Positions 37,691-48,255 are shown, numbered from the stretch's first letter. The stretch: 64,000 bases of DNA from an uncultured Thermoleophilaceae bacterium (GCA_963774755.1 CAVZGG010000011.1:52970-116969), one strand, 5' to 3'. A program made the numbers and translations. The notes: a model not told the origin generated them from the letters alone.

Positions 37691-39715
37691 CTAGAAGTGC
37701 ACGCCGCGTAGGAGGTAGGCCATCGCCACTGCCTCCGTGGACATCTCGCCGTCGTCCTTCTTCTCGCCGGCGGGCAGCGCCTTCTTGTCGCCCTTGTCCT
37801 CGCCGTCCTTGCCCTTCTTCTTCGCGGCGCTCGAGTCCGGGAACAGGTTGTAGGCCTGGTTGAGGACGATGTCGACCGTCTTCGGGGAGATCGAGTAGAG
37901 GATCTCGCCGAACGTGCCGAGCCTGGAGGCCATGCGCTTTGGCTTGTCGATCATCGCGTCGCACAGCATCAGCGCGGCCTCGTCCGGAGTGAGGGTCGGG
38001 AAGGCCTTGTAGATGTCGGTCGGCGCGATCATCGGGGTGCGCACGAGCGGCATGTAGACGGTGGTGAACTTCACGTTGTCGGCCACCACCTCGGGTGCCG
38101 TGCAGCGGGAGAAGGCGTCGAGCGCCGACTTCGACGCCACGTAGGCGGAGAAGCGCGGCGTGTTCGTCTGCACGCCGATCGAGCTCACGTTGATGATGTG
38201 GCCGCCCTTGCGCTCGCGCATCCCAGGGAGGAACGCGAGGATCAGCTTCAGCGCGCCGAAGTAGTTCAGCTGCATGGTGCGCTCGTAGTCGTGGAAGCGG
38301 TCATACGAGCGCTCGACCGAGCGGCGAATCGAGCGGCCCGCGTTGTTCACGAGCACGTCCACACCGCCGTGCTGCTCGAGCACCTCGGCCGCGAGCCGGT
38401 CGATGTCCTCGAGGTCGGAGAGGTCCGCGGGGTGCACGTGCGCGGTCCCGCCGAGCTCCTCCACCTGCTTCGCCACCTCCTCGAGCTTCTCGCGCGTGCG
38501 CGAGACGAGCAGCACGATGCCGCCGGCCTCGCCGACCTTCACCGCGGTCTCGAGGCCGATGCCGCTGGAGGCGCCGGTGATCAGGACGCGCTTGTCCTTG
38601 ACCACGCTCGCGAGCGAGCGGTCGCGGAACAGGTCCGGGTCGAGGTTGCGCTCCCAGTAGTCCCACAGGCGCGGCGCGTACGTGGACAGCGGGGGCACGG
38701 CGATCCCGGTACCGCTCAGCGCGCGCTGGCTGTCGCGCGCGTCGAACTTCGCGCGGAAGTCGCGGTTCTCCATCGCGGCCGGGGGAACGCCGATGTCGTG
38801 GTAGAGCTGGTTGCGGATCCGCTTGACCATCGGCAGCGCCATGAGGCCCGCGCGCACCTGCTTCGGAACGGCGTTCGTCAGGTTCGGGTCCACGCGCAGC
38901 GCGAACTGGGGAGCGTGCGCCGCCCTCGCGAACTCGTTCAGCGTCTCGCCCACGGTCATGGGCTCGGGGTTCACCAGGTGGAACGTGTCGCCGGGCAGCT
39001 CTCCGTCCGGCAGGTGCGAGATGTGGTCCATCGCACGCGCGATGAAGTCCACCGGGACGATGTTCGTCTGCCCGCCCTCGGGGCCGGCGAGCGGGAACCA
39101 CTCCGGCAGCGCGTGGCGCAGCTTCTGGAGCAGCTTGAAGAAGTAGTAGGGACCGTCGATCTTGTCCATCTCGCCGGTCTCCGAGTGGCCGACCACGATG
39201 CCCGGCCGGAACACAAGCGTCTTGGTCTCGACGCCCTCGCGCACCAGTCGCTCCGACTCGTACTTGGTGCGGTGGTAGTGGTGGGGCAGCTTCTGCCCCT
39301 CGTCGAACATGTCCTCCTGGAAGATGCCCTCGTAGTTGCCGGCCACCGCGATCGAGCTGACGTGGTTGAAGCGGGCGACCTCGTGCGCGTTCGCGAACTC
39401 GATGACGTGCTGGGTGCCCTCCACGTTCGCGCGCTCCGAGGACTCCTCGTCGGCCTCGATGTCGTAGACGGCCGCCAGGTGGAAGAGGTGGTCGATCGGC
39501 TGGTCGAAGTTCTCCACGCCGAGACCGGGCTTCGAGAGGTCGCCCGCCACCGGCACGATCCTCCCCTCGGGCGCGCCGAGCCGCTGGGCGAGCGCGTCGA
39601 GCTTCCCGCGCGAGCCCTCGCGCACCAGCGCGTAGATCGTGCCGTCGCGCTTCAGCAGCTCGGCCACGAGATGCCTGCCGATGAAGCCGGTCGCGCCGGT
39701 TACGAAGTAGTTCAA
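37691..39715 (-). CDS. two-domain fatty acyl-CoA reductase (N-terminal thioester-reductase domain, C-terminal SDR domain), like mycobacterial AcrA1
   Basis: 674 aa intact ORF. The N-terminal segment is MNYFVTGATGFIGRHLVAELL...YHRTKYESERLV. The C-terminal segment is RVLITGASSGIGLETA...NNAG...YVASKSAL. This is the architecture of M. tuberculosis Rv3391-type reductases. Confidence 0.8.
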   Translation of the reverse strand: MNYFVTGATGFIGRHLVAELLKRDGTIYALVREGSRGKLDALAQRLGAPEGRIVPVAGDLSKPGLGVENFDQPIDHLFHLAAVYDIEADEESSERANVEGTQHVIEFANAHEVARFNHVSSIAVAGNYEGIFQEDMFDEGQKLPHHYHRTKYESERLVREGVETKTLVFRPGIVVGHSETGEMDKIDGPYYFFKLLQKLRHALPEWFPLAGPEGGQTNIVPVDFIARAMDHISHLPDGELPGDTFHLVNPEPMTVGETLNEFARAAHAPQFALRVDPNLTNAVPKQVRAGLMALPMVKRIRNQLYHDIGVPPAAMENRDFRAKFDARDSQRALSGTGIAVPPLSTYAPRLWDYWERNLDPDLFRDRSLASVVKDKRVLITGASSGIGLETAVKVGEAGGIVLLVSRTREKLEEVAKQVEELGGTAHVHPADLSDLEDIDRLAAEVLEQHGGVDVLVNNAGRSIRRSVERSYDRFHDYERTMQLNYFGALKLILAFLPGMRERKGGHIINVSSIGVQTNTPRFSAYVASKSALDAFSRCTAPEVVADNVKFTTVYMPLVRTPMIAPTDIYKAFPTLTPDEAALMLCDAMIDKPKRMASRLGTFGEILYSISPKTVDIVLNQAYNLFPDSSAAKKKGKDGEDKGDKKALPAGEKKDDGEMSTEAVAMAYLLRGVHF

Positions 39716-39904
39716 GAATCCTCCCTAGGGGTGAAGGGTGCGGAGTCTAATTTGACTGCGACCTCGGCGCGCGCAAGACTTCGGACGAGTTCTTGTAGAG
39801 ACCGGTTGGCGGTTCGCCGTCAACGGCCTACGACGCGGGCCGTGCCCCGCACGCAGCGGCGGAGTGAACCCTTCTACTCCGCCGTTGCTCACTCTCGCGA
39901 CACA

Positions 39905-41118
39905 ATGCGGGCCGTGGCAGAGCGCGTTTCCCTGAAGGAAGCCGCCGAGCGAGTGGGCGTCTCGCCCGAGACGCTGCGCCGATGGGCGCGCGAGGGCGTG
40001 ATCCCGGAGGTCGACGGCAAGGGCCAGTGGACCACCGCCGCGGTGGCGCACGCGCGCATCGTGGCGCGGCTCCGCGACCGCGGGCACAAGCTCGAGGAGA
40101 TCAAGGAGGCGGGCAAGGAGGGTCGGCTCGCCTACGGGTACATCGAGGAGCTCTTCGGCGGCGACGAGCCGGCGCGCTCGCTGAAGGAGGCGGCCGAGCT
40201 CACCGACCTGGAGCCGGCGCTGATCGAGCGCTTCTGGGCGAGCCTCGGGCTGCCCACGAAGGGCCTCGAGCAGCTCAGCGACGAGGACATCCAGGCGCTG
40301 CACTACGTCTCCGGCGTGCTCGGCGCCGGCTTCCCGCTGGTGGCGTTCCTCCAGCTCTGCCGCGTCTACGGCCAGGCGCTGGCGCAGATCGCCGAGGCCG
40401 AGGTGCGGCTCTTCCATCTCTACGTCCACGAGCCGCTCATCCGGGAGGGCGTGCCCGGGCTGCAGATGGCGGAGGAGATGGGGGACTTGGCGCGCGACCT
40501 GCTGCCGGTGGCGTCGCCGATGATGGACTACGTCCACCAGCGCTTCCTCCAGCACTTCGTGGAGCAGGACGTGGTGGGGCACATGGAGAGCGAGCTCGAG
40601 GACGAGGACGTGGACCTCGGGCGCGTGCGGGTGGCGATCGCCTTCGCCGATCTCGCCGGCTACACCCGCTTCACCGAGGAGGAGGGAGAGGAGGAGGCGG
40701 TGTCGTCGGTCGAGCGCTTCGTCGAGGGCGTGACCCACACGTTGCCCGAAGACGCACGCGTGGTGAAGACGATCGGCGACGAGGTGATGGTCGTGGGCCA
40801 GGACATCCGGGCTCTCGTGGACTGGGCGGTGGGCTTCACGAGCCTGTTCGACGAGCGGCCGGAGCCCCGCATCGGCGTGCACTGGGGGACGACTCTCTAC
40901 CGGGACGGCGACTACTTCGGCCGCGACGTGAACCTCACGTCGCGTGTGGTGGCGCGGGCGCGAGGCGGGGAGGTGCTCGTGACCGACTCGGTCGTGGAGG
41001 CCGTGCGGGACTCGCACGCACCTCAGCTTCGAACGCGATCGGGCAGGTGAAGCTGAAGGGCTTCGCCGAGCCGCGGCAGCTGTGCCGAGCGATCCCGCGC
41101 GAGCCGCGCGAGGAATGA
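39905..41118 (+). CDS. MerR-family HTH fused to a class III adenylate/guanylate cyclase domain, frameshifted near 41015
   Basis: MerR HTH SLKEAAERVGVSPETLRRWAREGVIPE. Cyclase core VAIAFADLAGYTRFTE...VKTIGDEVMVV. The C-terminus continues in another frame as ...FERIGQVKLKGFAEPRQLCRAI. Confidence 0.7.
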
Positions 41119-42386
41119 GCGAGCTCGCGCTCGAGGCGGCGCGCGAGAGTGGCCTCGTGCGTGCAGGCGAGCCGCTGCTCGTGATGGTGTCGGGTGGCGG
41201 GGACTCGGTGGCGCTGCTGGATGTGGCGCGTGCGGCTCGGCGCGGATGTCTCGGTGCTCCACGTGAACTACGGGTTCCGCGACGGGGCCTCGGAGGACGA
41301 GGCCTTCGTCCGATGATCTCTGCGATCAGCTCGGCGTGCCGCTCGCCGTCGAGCGTGTGCAGTTGGGCACCGAGGGCAACCTTCAGGAGCGTGCTCGGGA
41401 CGCTCGCTATGCGCTGGCCGAGGCGCTTGCCGTTGGTGACTACGCCGCCGCGCACACAGCCTCCGACCAGGCGGAGACCGTTCTTTACCGCCTTGCCGTC
41501 TCGCCGGGGTCGCGGGCACTGCACGGGATGTCGCCGCGCCGCGGCCGGCTGGTGCGCCCGCTGCTCGCGGTGACCCGCGAGGAGGTGCGCGAGTACCTGC
41601 GCGCACGAGGGCTCGAGTGGCGCGAGGACCCTTCGAACGCCGACCGCCGCTTCGCGCGCGCCCGTGTGCGCCACGACGTGATCGAGGCGCTGCGCGAGCT
41701 CTCGCCTGCCGCGGAGCGGACGATCGCGGAGACCGTGAGGCAGCTCCGGGACGAGGCGGACGTGCTCGACGCTGTGGTTGCGGAAGCGGTGAAGGAGCTG
41801 GGCGGCGGGCCCGCGGTGTTGCTCGCTGCCCTGCGGGAGCACCCGCCGGCCGTGCGCCGGCTCGTGCTGCGCGAGCTCGCCGGCCGGACCCTCTCCACCC
41901 GGGAGCTCGACGAGATCCTCGCCCTCGGCGAGCGAGGCAGCAAGTCGCTCGACCTCGGCGGCGGCCTGCGCGCCGTGTCCGAGTACGGCACGCTCCGCTT
42001 CAGCCGCACGGCCGACGCCGCCACGCCCGAGCCGGTGCAGCTCACGGTGCCCGGCCGCGCGCGCTTCGGTGACTGGGAGGTCGAGGCGCGCCTCGGCGGC
42101 CCGGGCGACGTGACCGTGAGCAACCTCGGCGCCGAGCTGACCGTGCGCGCCTGGCGCGACGGCGACCGCATGCGCCCGGCCGGCCTGGGCGGATCGAAGT
42201 CGCTCCAGGACCTGTTCACCGACCAAAAGGTCCCGCGCGCGCTGCGCCACACGCTGCCGGTGGTGGAGTTCGGACGGCGAGATCGTCTGGGTGGCGGGCG
42301 TGGCGGTGGACGAGCGCTTCGCGGCGGCGGAGGGCGCCGAGGGCGCGGTGAGGTTGAGCGCGCGTTCTGCCGTGGGCGGTGCGTAG
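41115..42386 (+). pseudogene. tilS: tRNA(Ile)-lysidine synthetase gene broken by at least three 1-nt indels
   Basis: PP-loop LLVMVSGGGDSVALL. SKSLQDLFTDQKVPRALRHTLPVVEF. Frame changes near 41245-41305 and 42270. ATGA overlap with the upstream gene. Confidence 0.7.
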
Positions 42387-42449
42387 GCGCCAGCGTTTAA
42401 ACAGCGGGCAATGAAGGCGGCCGGGCCGGGGGTTATCGGCGATTTGTCC

Positions 42450-42478
42450 GGGTGGGCCGGACAAATCGCGATCGGTCC
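42450..42478. terminator. strong hairpin (12-bp perfect arms cgatttgtccgg / ccggacaaatcg); candidate bidirectional terminator
   Basis: Seen directly between convergent tilS (+) and upp (-). Confidence 0.5.
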
Positions 42479-42509
42479 CCCTTCAGGGCTCTCGGCCGGG
42501 GCTCCCGGC

Positions 42510-43139
42510 CTACTGCGTCCCGAACACCCGGTCGCCCGCGTCGCCCAGGCCGGGGCGGATGTATGCGTTCTCGTCGAGCTCTCGGTCCACGGCGGCGGTC
42601 CAGATCTGGACGTCGGGGTGGGCCTTCTCGACCGCCTCGACTCCCTCGGGGGCGACCACCAGGCACACGAGGGCGAGCCGGCGCGCGCCGGCCGCCTTCA
42701 GCTTGTCGAGGGCGTGCACCGCACTTCCGCCGGTTGCGAGCATCGGGTCCACCACGAAGACGTGAGCGTCGGCCAGGCCGGGCGGCAGGCGCTCGTAGTA
42801 GTCCACCGGGCGGTGCTCCTCCTCGTCGCGGTACACGCCGACGTGGCCCACGCGGGCCCCCGGGAGGAGCCGCAGGAAGCCGTCGACCATCCCGAGTCCG
42901 GCGCGCAGCACCGGCACGATCGTGATCTCGCTGGGGAGGCGGCTGCCGGTGGTGTGCTCGAGCGGGGTCTCGACCTCGACCTCGGTCACCGGGAGGCCGC
43001 GCGCGGCCTCGACAGCCAGGATTGCCGAGGCCTCGAAGAGGGCCTGGCGGAAGTCGCCGTGGCTGGTGTCGCGGTCGCGCATGACGGCGAGCCGGTCGGC
43101 GAGAACGGGGTGGTCCACGACCTCAAGGCGCTGTGACAT
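42510..43139 (-). CDS. upp: uracil phosphoribosyltransferase
   Basis: 209 aa. IVPVLRAGLGMVDG. YGDFRQA-like N-terminus. FVVDPMLATGGSA. YIRPGLGDAGDRVFGT. Confidence 0.9.
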   Translation of the reverse strand: MSQRLEVVDHPVLADRLAVMRDRDTSHGDFRQALFEASAILAVEAARGLPVTEVEVETPLEHTTGSRLPSEITIVPVLRAGLGMVDGFLRLLPGARVGHVGVYRDEEEHRPVDYYERLPPGLADAHVFVVDPMLATGGSAVHALDKLKAAGARRLALVCLVVAPEGVEAVEKAHPDVQIWTAAVDRELDENAYIRPGLGDAGDRVFGTQ

Positions 43140-43166
43140 GGGCGCGACGATAACCTCGCGGGCCGC

Positions 43167-44066
43167 TTGTCTGCCTCCATGCGCAACGTAGAGCTCAAGG
43201 CCCGCGACCCCGATCCGGCTCGTTCGCTGGAACGGGCGCTCGCGCTCGGCGCGGAGGATTGGGGTGAGATCACGCAGCGCGACACCTACTTCGCCGGCGC
43301 CCGCGGCCGCATCAAGCTGCGCGAGCAGGACCCCGGCGACCACGAGCTGATCCAGTATTCGCGCGAGAATTCCACCGATGCGAGGACGAGCACCTACCGG
43401 CGCGTGCCGACCGGCGAGGCGGACGCGCTGCGCGCTGCCCTCGACGACGCCTACGGCACGCTCGTGACGGTCACGAAGCGCCGCCACCTGCTGCTCTGGG
43501 AGGGAGTGCGCATCCATCTCGACGAGGTCGAGGGTCTCGGCAGCTATCTCGAGCTCGAGGCCGTGGCCGAGCCGGACTCCGACCTTGGCGCCGAGAGCGA
43601 GAAGGTCGAACGGCTGCGAAGGGAGCTCGGGATCGAGGATCAGGACCTGGTGGCCACGAGCTACTCGGACCTCCTCCTGAATGACCCGGATCGGCTGATG
43701 CGTGCCGCGGATGAGGTGATGAGGACGGCGTACGCGCCCTACTCCCACTTCCCGGTCGGCGTCGCGCTGCGGGCCCCCGACGGGAGCATCCACGTGGGCT
43801 CGAACGTCGAGAACGCGAGCTACCCGCAGGGACAGTGCGCGGAGACCTCCGCGATCGGCGCGCTGATCGCGGCGGGTCACACGAGGATCGCGGAGGTCGC
43901 GGTCACGGCCGAGAGGATGGACATCTGCCCACCGTGCGGCGGCTGCCGCCAGCGGCTGGCGGAGTTCGCGAGCGCGGACACGCCTGTGCACCTTGGGCGC
44001 CCGGGCGGCCCCCGGCAGACGACCACGATCGGCGAGCTCCTGCCGCTCGCCTTCGAGCTCGAATGA
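43167..44066 (+). CDS. CYTH domain (CyaB-like class IV adenylate cyclase / triphosphatase fold) fused to cytidine deaminase
   Basis: The N-terminal segment is MRNVELKARDPDP...RDTYF...IKLRE...LDEVEGLGSYLELEAV. The C-terminal segment is AYAPYSHFPVGVALRAPDGSIHVGSNVENASYPQGQCAETSAIGALIAAG...CPPCGGCRQRL, a zinc-binding cytidine deaminase core. One continuous ORF in the assembly. Confidence 0.65.
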   Translation: MSASMRNVELKARDPDPARSLERALALGAEDWGEITQRDTYFAGARGRIKLREQDPGDHELIQYSRENSTDARTSTYRRVPTGEADALRAALDDAYGTLVTVTKRRHLLLWEGVRIHLDEVEGLGSYLELEAVAEPDSDLGAESEKVERLRRELGIEDQDLVATSYSDLLLNDPDRLMRAADEVMRTAYAPYSHFPVGVALRAPDGSIHVGSNVENASYPQGQCAETSAIGALIAAGHTRIAEVAVTAERMDICPPCGGCRQRLAEFASADTPVHLGRPGGPRQTTTIGELLPLAFELE

Positions 44067-44087
44067 GCGGCGGCGGACGCCGCCGCG

Positions 44088-44876
44088 GTGATGAACGAGC
44101 GCTCGGGCCTCCGGCCGCGCGTGGGCGTGGTGCTCGGCTCCGGCCTCGGCGCGGTGGCCGACGCAGTGGAGGATCCGACCACGATCGACTACGGCGAGCT
44201 GCCCGGCTTTCCCGTGCCGGGCGTGGTGGGCCACGGCGGGCAGGCCGTGCTGGGCAACATCGGCGACGTGCCCGTGGCGGTGCTTCAGGGCCGCGCGCAC
44301 CTCTACGAGGGCGGCGACCTCGACAAGATCCGCACGCCGGTGCGCGCGCTGCGCGCCGCGGGCGCCGAGATCCTCGTGCTCACGAACGCCGCCGGCTCGC
44401 TGCGGCCCGAGGTGGGCCCCGGAAGCCTGATGCTGATCTCGGATCACATCAACCTGAGTGGCGCGAATGTGCTCGCCGGACCGAACGACGACGAGATCGG
44501 CCCGCGTTTCCCGAGCATGCGCGATGCCTACGACCCGGAGCTGCGGGCCGGGTTTCGCGACGCGGCGGAGGAGCTCGGCACGCCGCTCGCCGAGGGTGTG
44601 TACCTCGCGGTCTCCGGGCCGACCTTCGAGACGGCGGCCGAGATCCGGGCCTTCGTCACGCTCGGCGCCGACGCCGTGGGGATGTCCACCGTGCACGAGA
44701 CCGCGGTGGCGCGGCACTGCGGCCTGCGGGTGGCGGCGATCTCCGCGATCTCGAACCTCGCGGAGGGCATGAGCGAAGTGTCGCTCAGCCACGAGCAGAC
44801 CCTCCGCGACGCCCAGCGCGCCGCCGAGGACCTGGTGCCGCTGCTGGTGCGCTTCGTCGGGAGGCTCGGCAAGTGA
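44088..44876 (+). CDS. punA: purine nucleoside phosphorylase (trimeric PNP type I)
   Basis: VGVVLGSGLG; GHGGQAVLGNI; GRAHLYEGGD; LVLTNAAGSL; GPTFETAAEIRAF...GMSTVHETAVARHCGLRVAAISAISN. Confidence 0.85.
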   Translation: MMNERSGLRPRVGVVLGSGLGAVADAVEDPTTIDYGELPGFPVPGVVGHGGQAVLGNIGDVPVAVLQGRAHLYEGGDLDKIRTPVRALRAAGAEILVLTNAAGSLRPEVGPGSLMLISDHINLSGANVLAGPNDDEIGPRFPSMRDAYDPELRAGFRDAAEELGTPLAEGVYLAVSGPTFETAAEIRAFVTLGADAVGMSTVHETAVARHCGLRVAAISAISNLAEGMSEVSLSHEQTLRDAQRAAEDLVPLLVRFVGRLGK

Positions 44877-46195
44877 GCTACGTGCCGGACCTGATCCGCA
44901 TCAAGCGCGACGGCGGCGAGCTGAGCGACGAGCAGCTGCGCGAGCTGGTCCAGGGCATCGCCGACGGCAGCGTGAGTGACGCTCAGGTGGGGGCACTGGC
45001 GATGGCGGTCGTCCTGCGCGGCATGACCCCGGCCGAGCGGATCGCGCTGACCGGCGCGATGCGGGACTCCGGCGACGTGCTCGACTGGTCGGACGCCGGC
45101 CTGCCCGGCCCGGCGCTCGACAAGCACTCCACCGGCGGCGTGGGCGACAAGGTGAGCCTCCTGCTGGCGCCGATCGTGGCCGCGTGCGGCGGGGCGGTGC
45201 CGATGATCTCGGGGCGCGGCCTCGGCCACACCGGCGGCACGCTCGACAAGCTCGAGGCCATCCCGGGCTACGACACGGTGCCCGACCCGGACGCCTTTCG
45301 CCGCGCCGTGGCGCAGGCGGGCGCGGCGATCGTGGGCCAGACGGCCCGGCTCGCACCCGCCGACCGCCGGCTGTATGCGATCCGCGACGCCACCGGCACG
45401 GTCGAGTCGATCCCTCTGATCGTGGCCTCGATCCTCTCGAAGAAGCTGGCCGCGGGCCTCGATGCGCTGGTGATGGACGTGAAGGTGGGCTCCGGGGCCT
45501 TCCTGCCCGACCGCGAGCAGGCGGAGGAGCTCGCGCGCGCGATCGTGGAGGTGGCGAACGGCAACGGCCTGCCGACCTCGGCGGTGCTCACCGACATGGA
45601 CCGCGTGCTGGGCCGCAGCGCCGGCAACGCGGTGGAGGTGCGCGAGTCGATCGACCACCTCACCGGCGCCGCGAAGGACGAGCGGTTGCGCGAGGTCACG
45701 CTCGCCCTGAGCGCGGAGCTGCTCGTGCTCGGTGGCGTGGAGCCCGACCCGGCGTCGGCGCGCACGGCGGCCGAGAATGCGCTCGACAGCGGCGCAGCCG
45801 CGGAGCGCTTCGGCGCCATGGTCCGCGAGCTGGGCGGCCCGGCGGACCTCCTCGAGGCACCCGAGCGCCACCTCGCCGAGGCGCCGGTCACGCTCGCCGC
45901 CGAACCTGCGGAGCCGGGGACCGTGACATCGGTGGACGTGCGCGCCGTGGGCCTCGCCGTGGTGGCCCTGGGCGGAGGCCGCACCAGGGAGGACGACCCG
46001 GTGGACCACTCCGTGGGGCTCACCGAGGTGGCGGCGCCCGGCGAGGAGGTGGCGCCCGGCGGCCGCCCGCTCGCGCTCGTGCACGCGAAGGACGAGGAGG
46101 CAGCCGGCCGGGCCGCGGACGCTCTGCGCGCGACCTACAAGCTGGGCGACTCCGCGCCGGACGCGCCGCCGCCCGTCCTCGAGGTGCTGCGGTGA
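44873..46195 (+). CDS. deoA: thymidine / pyrimidine-nucleoside phosphorylase
   Basis: GTGA overlap with punA. DLIRIKRDGGELSDEQLRELVQGIADGSVSDAQVGALAMAV; DKHSTGGVGDKVSL; SGRGLGHTGGTLDKLEAIPGY. Confidence 0.9.
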   Translation: MSYVPDLIRIKRDGGELSDEQLRELVQGIADGSVSDAQVGALAMAVVLRGMTPAERIALTGAMRDSGDVLDWSDAGLPGPALDKHSTGGVGDKVSLLLAPIVAACGGAVPMISGRGLGHTGGTLDKLEAIPGYDTVPDPDAFRRAVAQAGAAIVGQTARLAPADRRLYAIRDATGTVESIPLIVASILSKKLAAGLDALVMDVKVGSGAFLPDREQAEELARAIVEVANGNGLPTSAVLTDMDRVLGRSAGNAVEVRESIDHLTGAAKDERLREVTLALSAELLVLGGVEPDPASARTAAENALDSGAAAERFGAMVRELGGPADLLEAPERHLAEAPVTLAAEPAEPGTVTSVDVRAVGLAVVALGGGRTREDDPVDHSVGLTEVAAPGEEVAPGGRPLALVHAKDEEAAGRAADALRATYKLGDSAPDAPPPVLEVLR

Positions 46196-47160
46196 CCGGC
46201 GTGCCAAAGGTGGAGCTGCACGTGCACCTCGAGGGCACTGCGCCGCCCGACCTGATCCGGCGGCTCGCCGAGCGCAACGGCCTGCCCGTGCCCGAGGGCG
46301 TGTTCGCAGCCCCGGACCGCTTCGCCTACATCGACTTCCTCGACTTCCTGAAGACCTACGACAAGGCCGCCAGCGTGATCCGCACCGGCGAGGACTACCG
46401 GGACATCACCTACGAGTACCTCATGAGCTGCGCGGCGGAGGGCGCGATCTACGTGGAGCTCACCGCCTCTCCCGACCACGCGAAGCTCGTGGGCATGAGC
46501 GACGAGGAGCACCTGGACGGCATCGCCCGCGGGATCGACGACGCGCGCGCGGAGAGCGGGATCGAGGGGCGCATCCTGATCTCCTGCGTGCGCAACTTCG
46601 GCGTGGAGCCCGCGCTCCGCGTGGCCCACTACGCCGCCGAGCTCCCGCATCCCTACGTGGTGGGCTTCTCGATGGCCGGCGACGAGGAGAACTACCCGCC
46701 CGCCGCCTACGCCGAGGCGTTCGAGATCGCCGCTGCCGCGGGGCTCGGCTGCACGGTCCACGCGGGCGAGTGGGCGGGGCCCGAGAGCGTGCGCGAGGGG
46801 CTCACGCTCCCGGTGAGCCGCATCGGGCACGGCGTGCGCTCGATCGAGGACCCGGCCCTCGTCGAGGAACTGGCCGAGCGCGGCACCGTCCTGGAGGTCT
46901 GCCCCACCAGCAACGTGGTGCTCGGCATCTACCCGACCTACGAGGAGCATCCACTGCCGCGGCTGACGGACGCGGGGGTGCAGGTGACGCTCGGATCCGA
47001 CGACCCTCCCTACTTCGGCGCGACCATCGGCGGGGAGTACGCGCTGTGCGCCGAGCACTACGGCTTCGACGACGAGGCGCTGAGAGCCATCACCCGCACG
47101 GCAATCGAGGCCGCATTCTGCGAAGAAACGCTCAAACAGCGGTTAACGCAAACGGTGTAG
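46192..47160 (+). CDS. add: adenosine deaminase
   Basis: GTGA overlap with deoA. PKVELHVHLEGT; VELTASP; TVHAGE; SLGSDDPPYFG. Confidence 0.9.
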   Translation: MTGVPKVELHVHLEGTAPPDLIRRLAERNGLPVPEGVFAAPDRFAYIDFLDFLKTYDKAASVIRTGEDYRDITYEYLMSCAAEGAIYVELTASPDHAKLVGMSDEEHLDGIARGIDDARAESGIEGRILISCVRNFGVEPALRVAHYAAELPHPYVVGFSMAGDEENYPPAAYAEAFEIAAAAGLGCTVHAGEWAGPESVREGLTLPVSRIGHGVRSIEDPALVEELAERGTVLEVCPTSNVVLGIYPTYEEHPLPRLTDAGVQVTLGSDDPPYFGATIGGEYALCAEHYGFDDEALRAITRTAIEAAFCEETLKQRLTQTV

Positions 47161-47197
47161 GGTGGCGAAGTTGCTGACCCAAAGAGGAGACTCAACC

Positions 47198-48250
47198 GTG
47201 CCTAAGTCCTTCCGCTTCTTGCTTCTGGCGCTCATCGCAGCGCTCGCCCTCGGAATCGCCGCCTGCGGCGACGACGACGACGACGGTGGGGGTGGTGGCA
47301 GCGGCAGCGACACTGCCGCGGCGCCTGAGGGCGAGGCGATCAAGGCCGGAGTGGTCACCGACATCGGCGGCCTCAACGACCGCTCGTTCAACTTCCTCGC
47401 CAACAAGGGCCTCGAGGACGCGGAGGGCGACCTCGGCGTCGAGGGGCGCGTGCTGATCTCCAAGTCGAACGGCGACTACGTGCCGAACCTGACGACCCTC
47501 GCCCAGCAGCAGTACGACCTGAGCATCTCGGTCGGCTTCCTCATGGGCGAGGCGACCGCCACGGTCGCCGGCAAGTTCCCGGACAACAACTTCGCGATCG
47601 TCGACTTCCCGGCCTCGGGCCTGAAGGGCAAGCCGCAGAACGTCGAGGGCCTGCTCTTCAAGGAGCAGGAGGCCGGCTACCTCGCCGGTTACCTCGCGGG
47701 CCTCTGGGCGAAGGACAACAACGCGACCACCGTGTCCACGGTCGGCGGCCAGAAGATCCCGCCGGTGGACCACTACATCGCGGGCTTCCAGGCCGGCGCG
47801 AAGGCGGCCTCCCCGGGCATCAAGACCCTCAACGGGTACTCGCAGGACTTCGTCGACCAGGCGAAGTGCAAGGAGATCGCGCTCGACCAGATCTCCCAGG
47901 GCTCCAAGGTCGTGTTCCAGGTGGCCGGCCAGTGCGGCCTCGGCGCGCTTGACGCGGCGAAGGAGAAGGGCGTCCAGGGCATCGGCGTCGACGCCGACCA
48001 GGCCTACCTCGGCGACCACATCCTGACCTCGGCGCTCAAGAAGGTCGACGTGGCGGTGTTCGACGCGATCAAGCGTGCCCAGGACGGCAGCTTCAAGGGC
48101 GGCACCGACGTGATCGCCACCGTCGAGAACGGCGGCGTGGGCCTCGGCCAGATCGGCCCGGCGGGCACGAAGTACGAGGACCAGATCAAGGACGTCACCG
48201 ACCAGCTTGCCGCGGGCGAGATCCCGGACATTCCCGACACCGTCAAGTAA
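47198..48250 (+). CDS. BMP-family (PnrA/Med-like) ABC transporter substrate-binding lipoprotein, probably nucleoside-binding
   Basis: RBS aagaggag. Lipobox [18 protein letters not shown] motifs ([35 protein letters not shown]). Confidence 0.85.
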   Translation: MPKSFRFLLLALIAALALGIAACGDDDDDGGGGGSGSDTAAAPEGEAIKAGVVTDIGGLNDRSFNFLANKGLEDAEGDLGVEGRVLISKSNGDYVPNLTTLAQQQYDLSISVGFLMGEATATVAGKFPDNNFAIVDFPASGLKGKPQNVEGLLFKEQEAGYLAGYLAGLWAKDNNATTVSTVGGQKIPPVDHYIAGFQAGAKAASPGIKTLNGYSQDFVDQAKCKEIALDQISQGSKVVFQVAGQCGLGALDAAKEKGVQGIGVDADQAYLGDHILTSALKKVDVAVFDAIKRAQDGSFKGGTDVIATVENGGVGLGQIGPAGTKYEDQIKDVTDQLAAGEIPDIPDTVK

Positions 48251-48255
48251 CGGGA

